Source of the DNA: Thermoplasmata archaeon
GTDB taxonomy: Archaea > Thermoplasmatota > Thermoplasmata > Lutacidiplasmatales > UBA184
Length of the DNA stretch: 64,000 nucleotides
Reading direction: 5' to 3'
NCBI GenBank assembly: GCA_050749465.1
Contig: JBOGRO010000017.1
Coordinates: 1,191 to 65,190, forward strand
Within the stretch, counting starts at the first letter, position 1, and each line of letters opens with the position of its first letter. Shown here piece by piece: positions 17,013-25,818 of the stretch. The position numbers and the translations under genes are program-made. Under the pieces are notes generated by a model, which did no database searches, was not told where the DNA came from, and worked only from the letters and a program-made list of their open reading frames with translations.

Positions 17013-18047
17013 CTACCGCTCCGGCGCGGGCGCGCTCACGCCGTCCGCCTTCGTCGGAAAGCTCGGGGCGGTCAGCATCTCGGGGCCCCGCGGCGGGAAA
17101 CGGACGCGACTCGAGTGGCGCGGGCGGCCCGGCGAACCGTAGAGGAGCTTCGGAACTTCGCTGACGACGACCACGACGACCACCGCGACCGCGGCGGCGA
17201 CCGTCGCGCTCAGTACCGCCCAGACGGGGGCGAGCTCGGCGGCCGCGAGGAACGCCCCCGCCCCGGCCGCGCCCACGAGCACGGGGACGAGGCCGGGCGG
17301 CCAGGGGGTGAGCGGGGGCTGCGGGGCCGAACGCTCGAGGTACACGGCCTCCTGCGCGGGCGAGAAGCCGTAGGTGAGAGGGAGCCGCGTCGCGCGGTCC
17401 GCGGCGCGGAAGGCGCGTACGGCGAGCGGGAGCACGACCCCGCGGCCCGTCTGCGGTCGGACGGTCGTGAGGAGCAGGCCCAAGAGGGAGATCGCCGTGA
17501 GGGTCGCGTAGACCGGGTCGAAGAGCTCGTGGAGCGGCAGGTTCGGCTGCGCGGCCCCCGCGACGAGTCCGCCGAGGACCTTGCTCTGGTCGGCGAAGAC
17601 CTGGAAGAAGCCGACCGTGAAGCCGTGGCCGTAGGCGCCCGCGCTCCCCGTCGCCACCAGGGAGGGGGTGGCGAGGAGGCCGAGACCCCACGCGACCGCG
17701 GCGCCGTACGCCACGAACCGGTAGCCGAGAGAGTCTCCCGGGCGCGCGGTGAAGGCGATCAGCGCCCAAGGGACCCCGAGGAGGACGCCGGCCGCGAGTT
17801 CCCCGCCGACCGGGCCGGACGCGAAGTAGCCGACCGCCGCGATCAGGACCGTGGCGCCGAAGAGGAGGAGCCCCCACTGGCCGAAGGTCGACCCGCGCAG
17901 GGTAGACCCCAACGCGACGAGCGCCCAGAGGATCGCGATCGTCACGACCCACGGGACCGCGGTGGCGGGGAACGCCGTGAGGGCCACGCCCTCGGCCCAG
18001 AGGAGTGGCAGGGCGAGGAGGACGAACCCGGTCGGCCGCTCGATCAC
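17013..18047 (-). CDS. Polytopic membrane protein (hypothetical), last gene of the MoxR/DUF58 operon
   Basis: 344 aa with about 8 hydrophobic helices. Its ATG overlaps the DUF58 stop (ATGA). Confidence 0.7.
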   Translation of the reverse strand: MIERPTGFVLLALPLLWAEGVALTAFPATAVPWVVTIAILWALVALGSTLRGSTFGQWGLLLFGATVLIAAVGYFASGPVGGELAAGVLLGVPWALIAFTARPGDSLGYRFVAYGAAVAWGLGLLATPSLVATGSAGAYGHGFTVGFFQVFADQSKVLGGLVAGAAQPNLPLHELFDPVYATLTAISLLGLLLTTVRPQTGRGVVLPLAVRAFRAADRATRLPLTYGFSPAQEAVYLERSAPQPPLTPWPPGLVPVLVGAAGAGAFLAAAELAPVWAVLSATVAAAVAVVVVVVVSEVPKLLYGSPGRPRHSSRVRFPPRGPEMLTAPSFPTKADGVSAPAPER

Positions 18048-19372
18048 GAGAGCCTCCCCGAGCCGAGCGAGCGCGCGTACACCTGCGCGACCGCGCCGAT
18101 CGCGTCATCGCGGCCGAAGAACCCGACCGTCGCCCCGGCGGCCTCGAGCGAGGAGGCGGCGCGACGCGCCCTCGCCACCTCGGGCTCGATCAGGAGCTCG
18201 AGCGACGTCCGGGCCGCCGGTTCGGCGAGCTCGGGGTACATCCGGGCGACGTCCGGCACCAACGCGTACAGTCGATGACCCGCCGCGCGGAGGCCCGCGG
18301 CCGCATCCGACAACGCGCGAGGGTCTTCGGCGAGCGCGGAGAAGATCAGGAGCGTGGTCGGCCGTTCGAGGCGGGGTCGCAGATACGCGAGGGCTCGGGC
18401 GAGCGAGGAGGGCGCGGGGCGAACTTGCGCGCCGGTGAGGCGGCGAAAGACGAGGAACTCATGGTTCGACCCTCGGCTGGCGGGGACGTAGGCGGCGACC
18501 TGGTCGGCGAACGCGAGGAGTCCCGCGCGGCTCCCTTCGTCGAACGCGACCCGCAGCGCCTCGCCGCCCGCCTCGACCGCCTTCTCGAGGGCGACGTCGA
18601 AGTCCACCCCCGTCGCCATCGCTCCGCCGATGTCGAGCACCAGGAGGAGGTCCTGCTGGCTCTCGCGTTCGTACTCCCGCACATAGAGCGTCCCCTGGGT
18701 CGAGCGGGTCCAGGCGATGCGACGCAGCTCGTCGTGGGGCTGGTACTCGCGGAGGGCCCGGAAATCGGAGCCCTCGCCCGGGGTCGAGATCGACGTCTGC
18801 CCGACGACCATGCTGGCGAGGCGGACCGGGTGGCCCATCGGCACGTCGCGCGCCCGGACGATCGCCTCGACCGTCCACGGGGTCGGGACCCGAACGGTCC
18901 GGTACGCGAGGCCGAGCGGGTCGTGCGCGACGACGACCGTGGGGCCGAGGAGGAAGAGGCCCCGGATCTCGGGGGAGACGACGTACGAGAGCGTCAGGGT
19001 CTCGCCGGCGGTCCACCACGTCGTCAGACGGTCGCTCCCTTCGAGCACCGCGAGCGGAGCGGGATGGCTGTCGAACACCTCCGCGTAGAAGCTGCCGGGC
19101 AGGTGGGAGGTGAGACGGAGCGAGACGAGGCCCGCGCCGCCGACCCCGACGAGCGCGCTGCTCTCGACCCGCTGGACCGTGAACGCCGCGGGCTCGATCC
19201 GGCGCGTCGCGACGGCGAAGGAGAGGAGCGCGGCGAGCACGAAGCCGAGGAGGAAGAGGGCGACGAGGAACACCAGGACGTTCGTCGTGTAGAAGGCGAG
19301 CAGGAGGACGACGAACCCGCCGACCAACGCGCCGGCCCCGCGGGGAGTGAGCGCGGTCGGGTTCCGGACCAT
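18044..19372 (-). CDS. DUF58 (VWA-like) domain protein
   Basis: It has two N-terminal TM helices, the DUF58 core (GEGSDFRALREYQPHDELRRIAWTRS...LYVREYERE) and a VWA-like section LLLVLDIGGAM. It lies downstream of MoxR. Confidence 0.85.
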   Translation of the reverse strand: MVRNPTALTPRGAGALVGGFVVLLLAFYTTNVLVFLVALFLLGFVLAALLSFAVATRRIEPAAFTVQRVESSALVGVGGAGLVSLRLTSHLPGSFYAEVFDSHPAPLAVLEGSDRLTTWWTAGETLTLSYVVSPEIRGLFLLGPTVVVAHDPLGLAYRTVRVPTPWTVEAIVRARDVPMGHPVRLASMVVGQTSISTPGEGSDFRALREYQPHDELRRIAWTRSTQGTLYVREYERESQQDLLLVLDIGGAMATGVDFDVALEKAVEAGGEALRVAFDEGSRAGLLAFADQVAAYVPASRGSNHEFLVFRRLTGAQVRPAPSSLARALAYLRPRLERPTTLLIFSALAEDPRALSDAAAGLRAAGHRLYALVPDVARMYPELAEPAARTSLELLIEPEVARARRAASSLEAAGATVGFFGRDDAIGAVAQVYARSLGSGRLS

Positions 19373-19393
19373 CGTCGGGCGCGCTCCTCCCCA

Positions 19394-20425
19394 CTAGCGG
19401 GGCACGTCGACCGCGTCGAGGACCTCGGTGAGGATCTGTCCCAGCGGGGTCACGGAGCTCCCCGAAGCGCCGGTCCCCGCGGCCCGACTGAGGACCTCGG
19501 GCCGGACGATGACTCGGTGATTGAAGACCGGGAACGCGAGCTCGCGGACGTCGTCGGGGAGAACGTACGACCGACCGTCGAGGAGGGCCACGGCCTTCGC
19601 CGCCTGAAGATACTGGACCGAGGCCCGAGGAGAGGCGCCGAGAAGGAGCCGTCGGTCGACCCGGGTCTGCCGGACGAGCGTCGCCAGGTAGCGGTAGATG
19701 TCCTCGTGGACGAAGACGGCGCGGTGGAGGGTCCGGAGGCGCTCGACGTCGGCGGGAGAGAGGACCGCGACCGCTCGGTCGGTCGCTTCGCGCCGCACCC
19801 GGCTTCGCAGGATCCCGACCTCGTTCTCGACCGACGGGTACCCCATGAGCCAACGGAACAGGAACCGGTCGAGCTCCGCCTCGGGCAGGGGGTACGTCCC
19901 TTCGTGCTCGAGCGGGTTCTGTGTCGCGATCACCAGGAAGGGGGAAGGAAGGGGGTGGCTCACGCCGTCGAGCGTGACCTGGCGCTCCTGCATCGCCTCG
20001 AGCAGCGCCGACTGGACCTTCGGGGGAGCCCGGTTGATCTCGTCGGCGAGGACGACGTTCGCGAAGATCGGACCCGGCCGGAACTCGAACGACTGGTCCT
20101 TCGGGCGCAGGATCGTCGTACCGAGGATGTCCGACGGCAGCATGTCGGGCGTGAACTGGATCCGGCGGAAGGTCAGCCGGAGGGTGTCGGCGAACGCTCG
20201 GACGAGCTGGGTCTTCGCGAGCCCCGGGACCCCTTCGAGCAGGATGTGGCCCTCGGAGACGAGCGCGACGGTGAGCGCGCGGATGACGTCGGTGTGCCCC
20301 ACGATCTCTCGCCCGATCGACGCGGAGAGCTGTCGGAGCGCCTCGGCGGGCTCGGCCGTTCCGGCCGATGTCCCGGCCTCCGCCGCGGCTACTTCGGGGG
20401 CCACGGGAGCGGGCTCGTCGCTCAT
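19394..20425 (-). CDS. MoxR-family AAA+ ATPase
   Basis: Motifs present: HILLEGVPGLAKT (Walker A), VVLADEINRAPPKVQSALLEAMQERQVT (Walker B and sensor), and the AAA_lid. Confidence 0.92.
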   Translation of the reverse strand: MSDEPAPVAPEVAAAEAGTSAGTAEPAEALRQLSASIGREIVGHTDVIRALTVALVSEGHILLEGVPGLAKTQLVRAFADTLRLTFRRIQFTPDMLPSDILGTTILRPKDQSFEFRPGPIFANVVLADEINRAPPKVQSALLEAMQERQVTLDGVSHPLPSPFLVIATQNPLEHEGTYPLPEAELDRFLFRWLMGYPSVENEVGILRSRVRREATDRAVAVLSPADVERLRTLHRAVFVHEDIYRYLATLVRQTRVDRRLLLGASPRASVQYLQAAKAVALLDGRSYVLPDDVRELAFPVFNHRVIVRPEVLSRAAGTGASGSSVTPLGQILTEVLDAVDVPR

Positions 20426-20946
20426 GTGCCCTCGAGAGCGGGGATCGCGCGGGAAAGGTCATCGACCACGAGAGCGAAGTCGCGCGCGGCCCGCCGCTCC
20501 ACCCGCCGCTGCCACCAGTTCGACTGGCGCACCAGCCACCCCGGTTCCTCGGCGAAGAACGCCGAGGAGTACGCGCGCGTGAGGTGACGCACGATACTCT
20601 TCAGGGTCATCGGGTGCGGAAGGACCCGGTTCGCCGCGGCCGAGTTGAGCTGGCCCGGTTCCAAGATCGCCACCGCGTACTTCGACTTCAGCAACGTGCC
20701 CAGGCGGCGGCCGAGACCGTCGACCGCGACCAGGTACTTTCCTTCCCGCAGCCGAACGTAAGCGCGGGAGTCGATCTGGATCCGCCAGAACTCCGGCGCG
20801 GATCCCGGCCGGAGCTCCGGCGCGGGCCGAGATCGGACCTGGGCCCATCGCAGTGCGCCCGCCGTGAGGGCGACCGCCAGAACGAGGGGGATCCCGAACG
20901 TCGGGTCGGTGAATATCGCGGCGATTCCACCGAGGAGATCCACCAC
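20422..20946 (-). CDS. Hypothetical membrane-anchored protein, translationally coupled to moxR
   Basis: 174 aa with one N-terminal TM helix (IPLVLAVALTAGAL). Its stop overlaps the moxR ATG (ATGA). It occupies the position held by DUF4350-type genes in bacterial DUF4129/MoxR/DUF58 clusters, but it is much shorter. Confidence 0.6.
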   Translation of the reverse strand: MVDLLGGIAAIFTDPTFGIPLVLAVALTAGALRWAQVRSRPAPELRPGSAPEFWRIQIDSRAYVRLREGKYLVAVDGLGRRLGTLLKSKYAVAILEPGQLNSAAANRVLPHPMTLKSIVRHLTRAYSSAFFAEEPGWLVRQSNWWQRRVERRAARDFALVVDDLSRAIPALEGT

Positions 20947-20961
20947 TCCCGTAGCCTCCGT

Positions 20962-21402
20962 TCAACGCCCCCGTGGGGAGGGAGCGGCCTTCGGGCTCGG
21001 CGCGGACGCGGCTGAGGGCGCCAGGTACGGGAGGCTTCGCAGTGCGGGCTCCAGGTAGATCGAGCGCAGGATCGGGAGCAGCGCCTTCGCGGAGGCGCCC
21101 TGGCCCTCGCCGTAGCGGACCGGCTCGAAGAGCACGTACAGACGCGGGAGGAGGGTCCGGATCGCTCCCATGTCGTTGCGCAGGTACTTGGCGAGGAAGT
21201 CACGGTGGGTCCACTGGCTCGGGAGCTTCATCGCGAAGGCGCGCCGCACGTCCTCCTCGGCCGTGCGGTAGGCGAGCAAGATCGCCTCGGCGTCCTTGCC
21301 CTCGCGCACGAGTTGCTCCACGCGCGTGAGCACCACGGGGGGTTCGCCCGGAGCGGGAGCCGGAGTCGGTAGAGGCCCATGCGCAGGGGTACCCGAACGC
21401 AT
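20962..21402 (-). CDS. DUF4129-like small protein, first gene of the MoxR operon
   Basis: Only the last 146 codons of track ORF 20962..22758 are plausible: ...AILLAYRTAEEDVRRAFAMKLPSQWTHRDFLAKYL... A CTAATAAT TATA box at about 21440-21448 and a GGTGAGG sequence upstream support the ATG at 21402. Confidence 0.55.
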   Translation of the reverse strand: MRSGTPAHGPLPTPAPAPGEPPVVLTRVEQLVREGKDAEAILLAYRTAEEDVRRAFAMKLPSQWTHRDFLAKYLRNDMGAIRTLLPRLYVLFEPVRYGEGQGASAKALLPILRSIYLEPALRSLPYLAPSAASAPSPKAAPSPRGR

Positions 21403-21518
21403 CAAGGGGTCCTCACCGTCCGGCCCCGAATGGGTTCCCATTATTAGCGGAACGGGTCGCCCGCGCGCGGGCGGGACCCCCCCTCGGCGGAAGCTCGCTT
21501 CGGAACGGCACCGGGGGG

Positions 21519-22676
21519 TCAGCGAGCGGGATTGCGCGGTTCGAGCGCAGCGGCGCTGACGAGCTGGGCGGCCACCGTCACGAGGCTGATCGCCTCGTCC
21601 GCCCCGGCCTTCCGCAGCTTCGCGAGGCTGCTCGACGCGGTGCCGACCGCGACGATCCGGATCTTGGGCTGCAGGCTCCGGGCGGTGATCACCGTGAGCA
21701 GGTTCTCGGCGTCGGAGTCCCCGGACGCGATGAGCGCGCGGGCTCGAGCGATCCCCACCGCGGCGAGCTCCTCCTCGGAGGACGGGTCGCCGACGTGGGT
21801 TCGATAGCCCTCCGCCTTGAGCCGCTCGACGACGGGGCCGTCGAGAGAGATCAGGACCGCGCGGACCCCCTGGGCGCGGAGCGCGTCCGCGGTCGCCCGG
21901 CCCTCGGCCGAGGTTCCGCAGATGATCACGTGGTCGGAAAGCTCCTCCATCTGCGCCCGCTCGAGGCGGCTCGCGATCCGCTCGAGCCGCCGCTCCAGGA
22001 ACGGCAAGAACAGGACGACGACCGCCGATAAGAACGTTCCCACCCCGAAGAGGATCAGGAGGATGCTGAACCACCGCGCGTCGTTGGTCAGCGGGGTATA
22101 GTTCGCGCCGTTCGTCGAGACGGTCGCGACCGTGTAGTAGAGCGACTCGATCCAGCCGCGGATCGGTGGGGCGAACTCGGCTCCGAGCTCGCGCGAGCCG
22201 ACCATGCCGAAGAGCATCGTGATCAGCGCCGCCACGACGACGAGGAGCTGGGTCGCCTCGGGACCGGTCGCAGAACCCCGGAAGAACCCGCTGCGGTACG
22301 GGTACAGCACCGCGACGAGCGCGGTCGCAGCGATGGCGGCGACGATCGAGTAGGGGTTCGGGCTCAGGAGCGCGATCCCGTCGGTGAGGACCGGGGCGAG
22401 GATCGAAAAGATCCAGGCGACGGGACTTCGGTCCCGGATCCGGAACGAGAGCGCGATCAGCAACAGTCCGGCCACGGCGTCGAACGGTGGGTCGTAACCG
22501 GCGAAGCTGTCGCGGTAGATGTTCAGCGGGAGGAACGTCGCGGACGCGACCCCCAGCACGAGGAGGAGGAGTCCGATGCCCGCCGCCAGCGCGCCGAGGC
22601 CGGGCGATCGACCCATCGAGGGGGGACCGGGCGTCGGTCTTCCGGGCGGGCTCGTTCCCTCCCGCGCCAAGGCCAT
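21519..22676 (-). CDS. K+-channel-family protein with C-terminal RCK/TrkA-N domain and a non-canonical pore filter
   Basis: TM helices are followed by a pore helix and filter (WIESLYYTVATVSTNGANYTP), an inner helix, and a Rossmann RCK domain (HVIICGTSAEGRATADAL...). Confidence 0.8.
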   Translation of the reverse strand: MALAREGTSPPGRPTPGPPSMGRSPGLGALAAGIGLLLLVLGVASATFLPLNIYRDSFAGYDPPFDAVAGLLLIALSFRIRDRSPVAWIFSILAPVLTDGIALLSPNPYSIVAAIAATALVAVLYPYRSGFFRGSATGPEATQLLVVVAALITMLFGMVGSRELGAEFAPPIRGWIESLYYTVATVSTNGANYTPLTNDARWFSILLILFGVGTFLSAVVVLFLPFLERRLERIASRLERAQMEELSDHVIICGTSAEGRATADALRAQGVRAVLISLDGPVVERLKAEGYRTHVGDPSSEEELAAVGIARARALIASGDSDAENLLTVITARSLQPKIRIVAVGTASSSLAKLRKAGADEAISLVTVAAQLVSAAALEPRNPAR

Positions 22677-22696
22677 CGCCGGCGAAAGACGCGGTC

Positions 22697-23587
22697 CTAG
22701 TTAGCGCCTCGGCGTCCGGGTCCGCTCCGGGGCCCGCCTCGGGCCGGACCGTCCCCACCGAGGGCGGCGGTTCCGCCCGCCGGTGCGGCCCGAGAGCGAT
22801 CCGACCCGTCGGGCGGACCCGGGAGCAAGTTTCGGTCCAGGATCTCCTCCAGACGATCGATCTCGAGCACGTCCCGCTCCGCGGCCGGGGGCGGCTTCGG
22901 TCCCGCGAGATATTCGTTCGGGTAACGGTCCCAGAAGCCCCGATAGAGCACGGCGCCGCAGCCGGCCCCGCGGGCGCCCATCACGTCGAGATCCCACCGG
23001 TCCCCCACGTGGAGGATTTCGGAGAGAGGGATCCCGAGTCGCCGCGACGCAGCCCGGAATATCTCGGGGTGGGGCTTACCGAGACCCACCTCGCACGACG
23101 TCAGTACGTGGCGGAGCGGCACCGACGTGCGCGGGCGGAGGAATGCCTGCCAGCTCTCCTCGCGTCGGGCCGTGTTCGAGATCGCGATGATCGGGATACC
23201 CCGGGCGTCGAGCGCTCGCGCCACTCGGTCGAACTCGGGGTTGAGGCTGGGCGGGAATTCCGCGAGTCCGGCCGCCGAGTACACCCGGGCGGCCTCCTCG
23301 GGGCTCACGGTGAAGCGGGCATCGAGCACCCGCGCGTACCGGCGGACGAGCACCCCCGGGTCGACGTCGATCGTGCCCCGCGCTTGCTCGCGGACCTGGG
23401 CGTCCGCGGTATCCTTCGCCGACGCGATCTCGGCCCTCGAGAAACTTCCCCCCGCCTCGGGAACGAGGAGCTCCCCCAGGGTCCGCAGCCGAGCCTCCTT
23501 CCAGCCGAGGTCCTCGTCGGCGTCGTGACAGAACAGGGTGTACCAGAAGTCGAACGAAACCGCACGGTAGGGAGGACCGCTCGACAC
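22697..23587 (-). CDS. HAD-superfamily hydrolase
   Basis: Motif I reads SFDFWYTLF, motif III GLGKPHPEIF and motif IV HVGDRWDLDV. I prefer the GTG at 23587, which sits 24-29 nt downstream of a CTTATA box (23611-23616), over the track TTG start at 23689. Confidence 0.8.
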   Translation of the reverse strand: MSSGPPYRAVSFDFWYTLFCHDADEDLGWKEARLRTLGELLVPEAGGSFSRAEIASAKDTADAQVREQARGTIDVDPGVLVRRYARVLDARFTVSPEEAARVYSAAGLAEFPPSLNPEFDRVARALDARGIPIIAISNTARREESWQAFLRPRTSVPLRHVLTSCEVGLGKPHPEIFRAASRRLGIPLSEILHVGDRWDLDVMGARGAGCGAVLYRGFWDRYPNEYLAGPKPPPAAERDVLEIDRLEEILDRNLLPGPPDGSDRSRAAPAGGTAALGGDGPARGGPRSGPGRRGAN

Positions 23588-23610
23588 GTCCCAGTACCGC
23601 GTTCCGGCAC

Positions 23611-23616
23611 TATAAG
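23611..23616 (-). promoter_or_regulatory. TATA-like box (CTTATA on the minus strand) for a leaderless HAD gene
   Basis: An AT hexamer 24-29 nt upstream of the in-frame GTG at 23587. GC3 is low upstream of that GTG. Confidence 0.45.
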
Positions 23617-23788
23617 CCTCGAGGCGTCGCGCAGCCGGACGAGCCTCGGAGAGGCGGAGCCCGCTCTCTCTCCTCGGACCCGTCCTCAACGCCCCCTCCG
23701 GACCCGAAGTTCCGCGAGCCGGGGGGCAACCCCTTTACGACCTTCGGACGTGCTCGCAACGGGCCGAGGCCCGCGGGGAGGGAGGAGA

Positions 23789-24253
23789 GTGTCGATCCAG
23801 CCCCGGATGCCGAACGTCGTGACCCTGTTCCCCGGAGTGCTCGACGGGATGCGAACGCTCTCGAAGGCCGCCGATGCGGCCGGGGTCCCCGAGAAGACCC
23901 GGATGTTGATCACGCTGCGAGCGAGCCAGATCAACGGCTGCTCGTACTGCGTCGACCTGCACTCGCGGGAGATGAAAGAGGCCGGGGAACCGGACGAACG
24001 CGTCTTCGCGGTGGCGGCGTGGCGCGAGTCCCCGTCCTTCACGGACGCCGAGCGCGCCGCGCTCGCTCTCGCGGAGTCGGTGACCCGCCTCAGCGACAGG
24101 GCCGACCCCGTCCCCGACGACGTGTGGAACGAGGCGGCCCGGCACTACGACCAAAGGGGGCTCGCTTCGCTCCTCCTCGCCATCGCCGTGATCAACGTCT
24201 GGAACCGGCTCAATGTCCCGACCCGCCAGCCGGCCACGCCGAAGTCCCACTAG
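23789..24253 (+). CDS. Carboxymuconolactone decarboxylase / AhpD-like family protein
   Basis: The tail of ORF 22487..24253 reads ...LRASQINGCSYCVDLHSREM...AERAALALAESVT, with the AhpD CxxC motif. The GTG at 23789 is preceded by GGAGGAG. An alternative ATG lies at 23807. Confidence 0.85.
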   Translation: MSIQPRMPNVVTLFPGVLDGMRTLSKAADAAGVPEKTRMLITLRASQINGCSYCVDLHSREMKEAGEPDERVFAVAAWRESPSFTDAERAALALAESVTRLSDRADPVPDDVWNEAARHYDQRGLASLLLAIAVINVWNRLNVPTRQPATPKSH

Positions 24254-24317
24254 CGATCTCGCCGCGACGGTCCGGGCGGAACGCCTCCCGCCGAAGTCCG
24301 TGGGCCGTGGAGGCGAG

Positions 24318-24950
24318 CTACTTCCACTTCGCGACACGCGGCCCGTGCAGCAGGAGGAGCGCCGCCCCGGCGATCAACGCCGTGGCCGCTTCCGGCGAAC
24401 GGCCGTCGGCGCAGAGGGCGTCGAACGTCTCGAAACTGGTCAGCGAAGTGAGCAAGTCGACCAGGTCGTTCGGCGGGGGGGACTTACCGGGAGGGCCCCC
24501 GACCCCGTGTCGGGCCAGTAGGTTCGCGACCGCTTCGCGCCGCCACGCGTCCCGGTTGCGCGGGCCGGCGCTGCGGGTCGGGAAGACGACGCCCATCGCC
24601 CGCATCCGTCGCATCGTCGTCCGGTCGGACGCCCAGAACCCGGTGAACGACTCCACCAGTCGCCGGACCGCCACCTCGGGGTCCCGGGCCCGAAAGACCT
24701 CCCCCATCCGATCCATCCCCCCGCGCGCGGCCAGGTGGTCCGCGAGCGCCTCGAGGAGACCGGCGCGCGAGCGGAACTGGTAGTAGACGGTCATCCGAGA
24801 GACGCCGGACTTCTGCGCGACCGCCTCCATGGAGAACCGGACGAGGTCGCCCTTCCCCCCGACCAGGGACCGGGCGGCCTCGAGGATCCCGTTCCTCGTC
24901 GCCTCGACCGCGGCCCGCCGGCGGCTCGCGTCGTACTTCCGGGGGCACAT
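24318..24950 (-). CDS. TetR/AcrR-family transcriptional regulator
   Basis: The N-terminal HTH reads FSMEAVAQKSGVSRMTVYYQFRSRAGLLEAL. It is divergent from an SDR gene. Confidence 0.88.
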   Translation of the reverse strand: MCPRKYDASRRRAAVEATRNGILEAARSLVGGKGDLVRFSMEAVAQKSGVSRMTVYYQFRSRAGLLEALADHLAARGGMDRMGEVFRARDPEVAVRRLVESFTGFWASDRTTMRRMRAMGVVFPTRSAGPRNRDAWRREAVANLLARHGVGGPPGKSPPPNDLVDLLTSLTSFETFDALCADGRSPEAATALIAGAALLLLHGPRVAKWK

Positions 24951-24976
24951 CGGCTTCGCGGTATCCCCCTTCGACT

Positions 24977-24994
24977 ATGACTGCATGCCGTCAT
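24977..24994. promoter_or_regulatory. Imperfect 18-bp palindrome ATGACTGCATGCCGTCAT, a candidate TetR operator
   Basis: 16 of 18 positions are self-complementary. It sits between two TATA-like boxes: CATAGT for tetR (about 24973-24980) and TTAATTAG for the SDR gene (24997-25004). Each box lies 23-30 nt from its ATG. Confidence 0.45.
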
Positions 24995-25026
24995 CGTTAA
25001 TTAGTCTTACAGTCTGTCCAATATGT

Positions 25027-25818
25027 ATGACCGACGGACGGACGGAGACGGACACGGTGTCGGGGACGGGGTTCGCGGGAAAGGTCGTCCTCGTGGTCGG
25101 TGCGAGCCGAGGGATCGGCGCCGCGACCGCCGAGGCGTTCGCGCGCGAGGGGGCGAGGGTCGTCCTGGGCGCGCGGGACCTTGCCGCGCTCGAGACGGTC
25201 GCCCATCGGATCCGGGACCGGGGCGGGAGTGCGTACGTTCGGTCGATGGACCTGGGGGATCCCGCGTCGATCCGCGCCACGGGCGAGTGGCTCGGTCAAG
25301 AGTTCGGCCGACTCGACATCGCGTTCAATAACGCCGGGGAAGGATACCGGCCGACGCCCCTCGCCGAGGTACCGCTAGAAGCGTTCGATCTCGTGCAGCG
25401 CGGGACGGTCCGGGGCACGTTCCTCGCGCTCCGCGAGGAGATCCCGCTCCTGATCGCGCACGGTGGGGGAGCGATCGTCAACATGGCGTCGACCGCCGGT
25501 CTGAGCGCTTTCGCCGGGGGTGGTCCGTATGTCACGGCGAAACATGCGATCCTCGGCCTGACCAAAGCCGCCGCCCTCGATTACGCGACGCTCGGAATTC
25601 GGGTGAACGCGGTCGCGCCGGGTCCGATCGATACCGAGCGTCTCCAGGTTCTCCCCGAGGAGTACCGGGAGCAGGCACGCTCGGCGGTCCCGATGCGACG
25701 GCTCGGTCGGCCGGAGGACGTCGCCGACGTGGTGCTCTGGCTCGCTTCGGACCGGGCCTGCTTCGTGACCGGGGCGACCGTGCTCGTCGACGGCGGTCGA
25801 CTCGCGGGGTTCGCATGA
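25027..25818 (+). CDS. Short-chain dehydrogenase/reductase (SDR)
   Basis: Motifs present: GASRGIGAA (cofactor binding), NNAG, NMAS and YVTAKHA (catalytic Ser/Tyr/Lys). The ATG at 25027 lies 23-30 nt downstream of TTAATTAG. Confidence 0.9.
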   Translation: MTDGRTETDTVSGTGFAGKVVLVVGASRGIGAATAEAFAREGARVVLGARDLAALETVAHRIRDRGGSAYVRSMDLGDPASIRATGEWLGQEFGRLDIAFNNAGEGYRPTPLAEVPLEAFDLVQRGTVRGTFLALREEIPLLIAHGGGAIVNMASTAGLSAFAGGGPYVTAKHAILGLTKAAALDYATLGIRVNAVAPGPIDTERLQVLPEEYREQARSAVPMRRLGRPEDVADVVLWLASDRACFVTGATVLVDGGRLAGFA

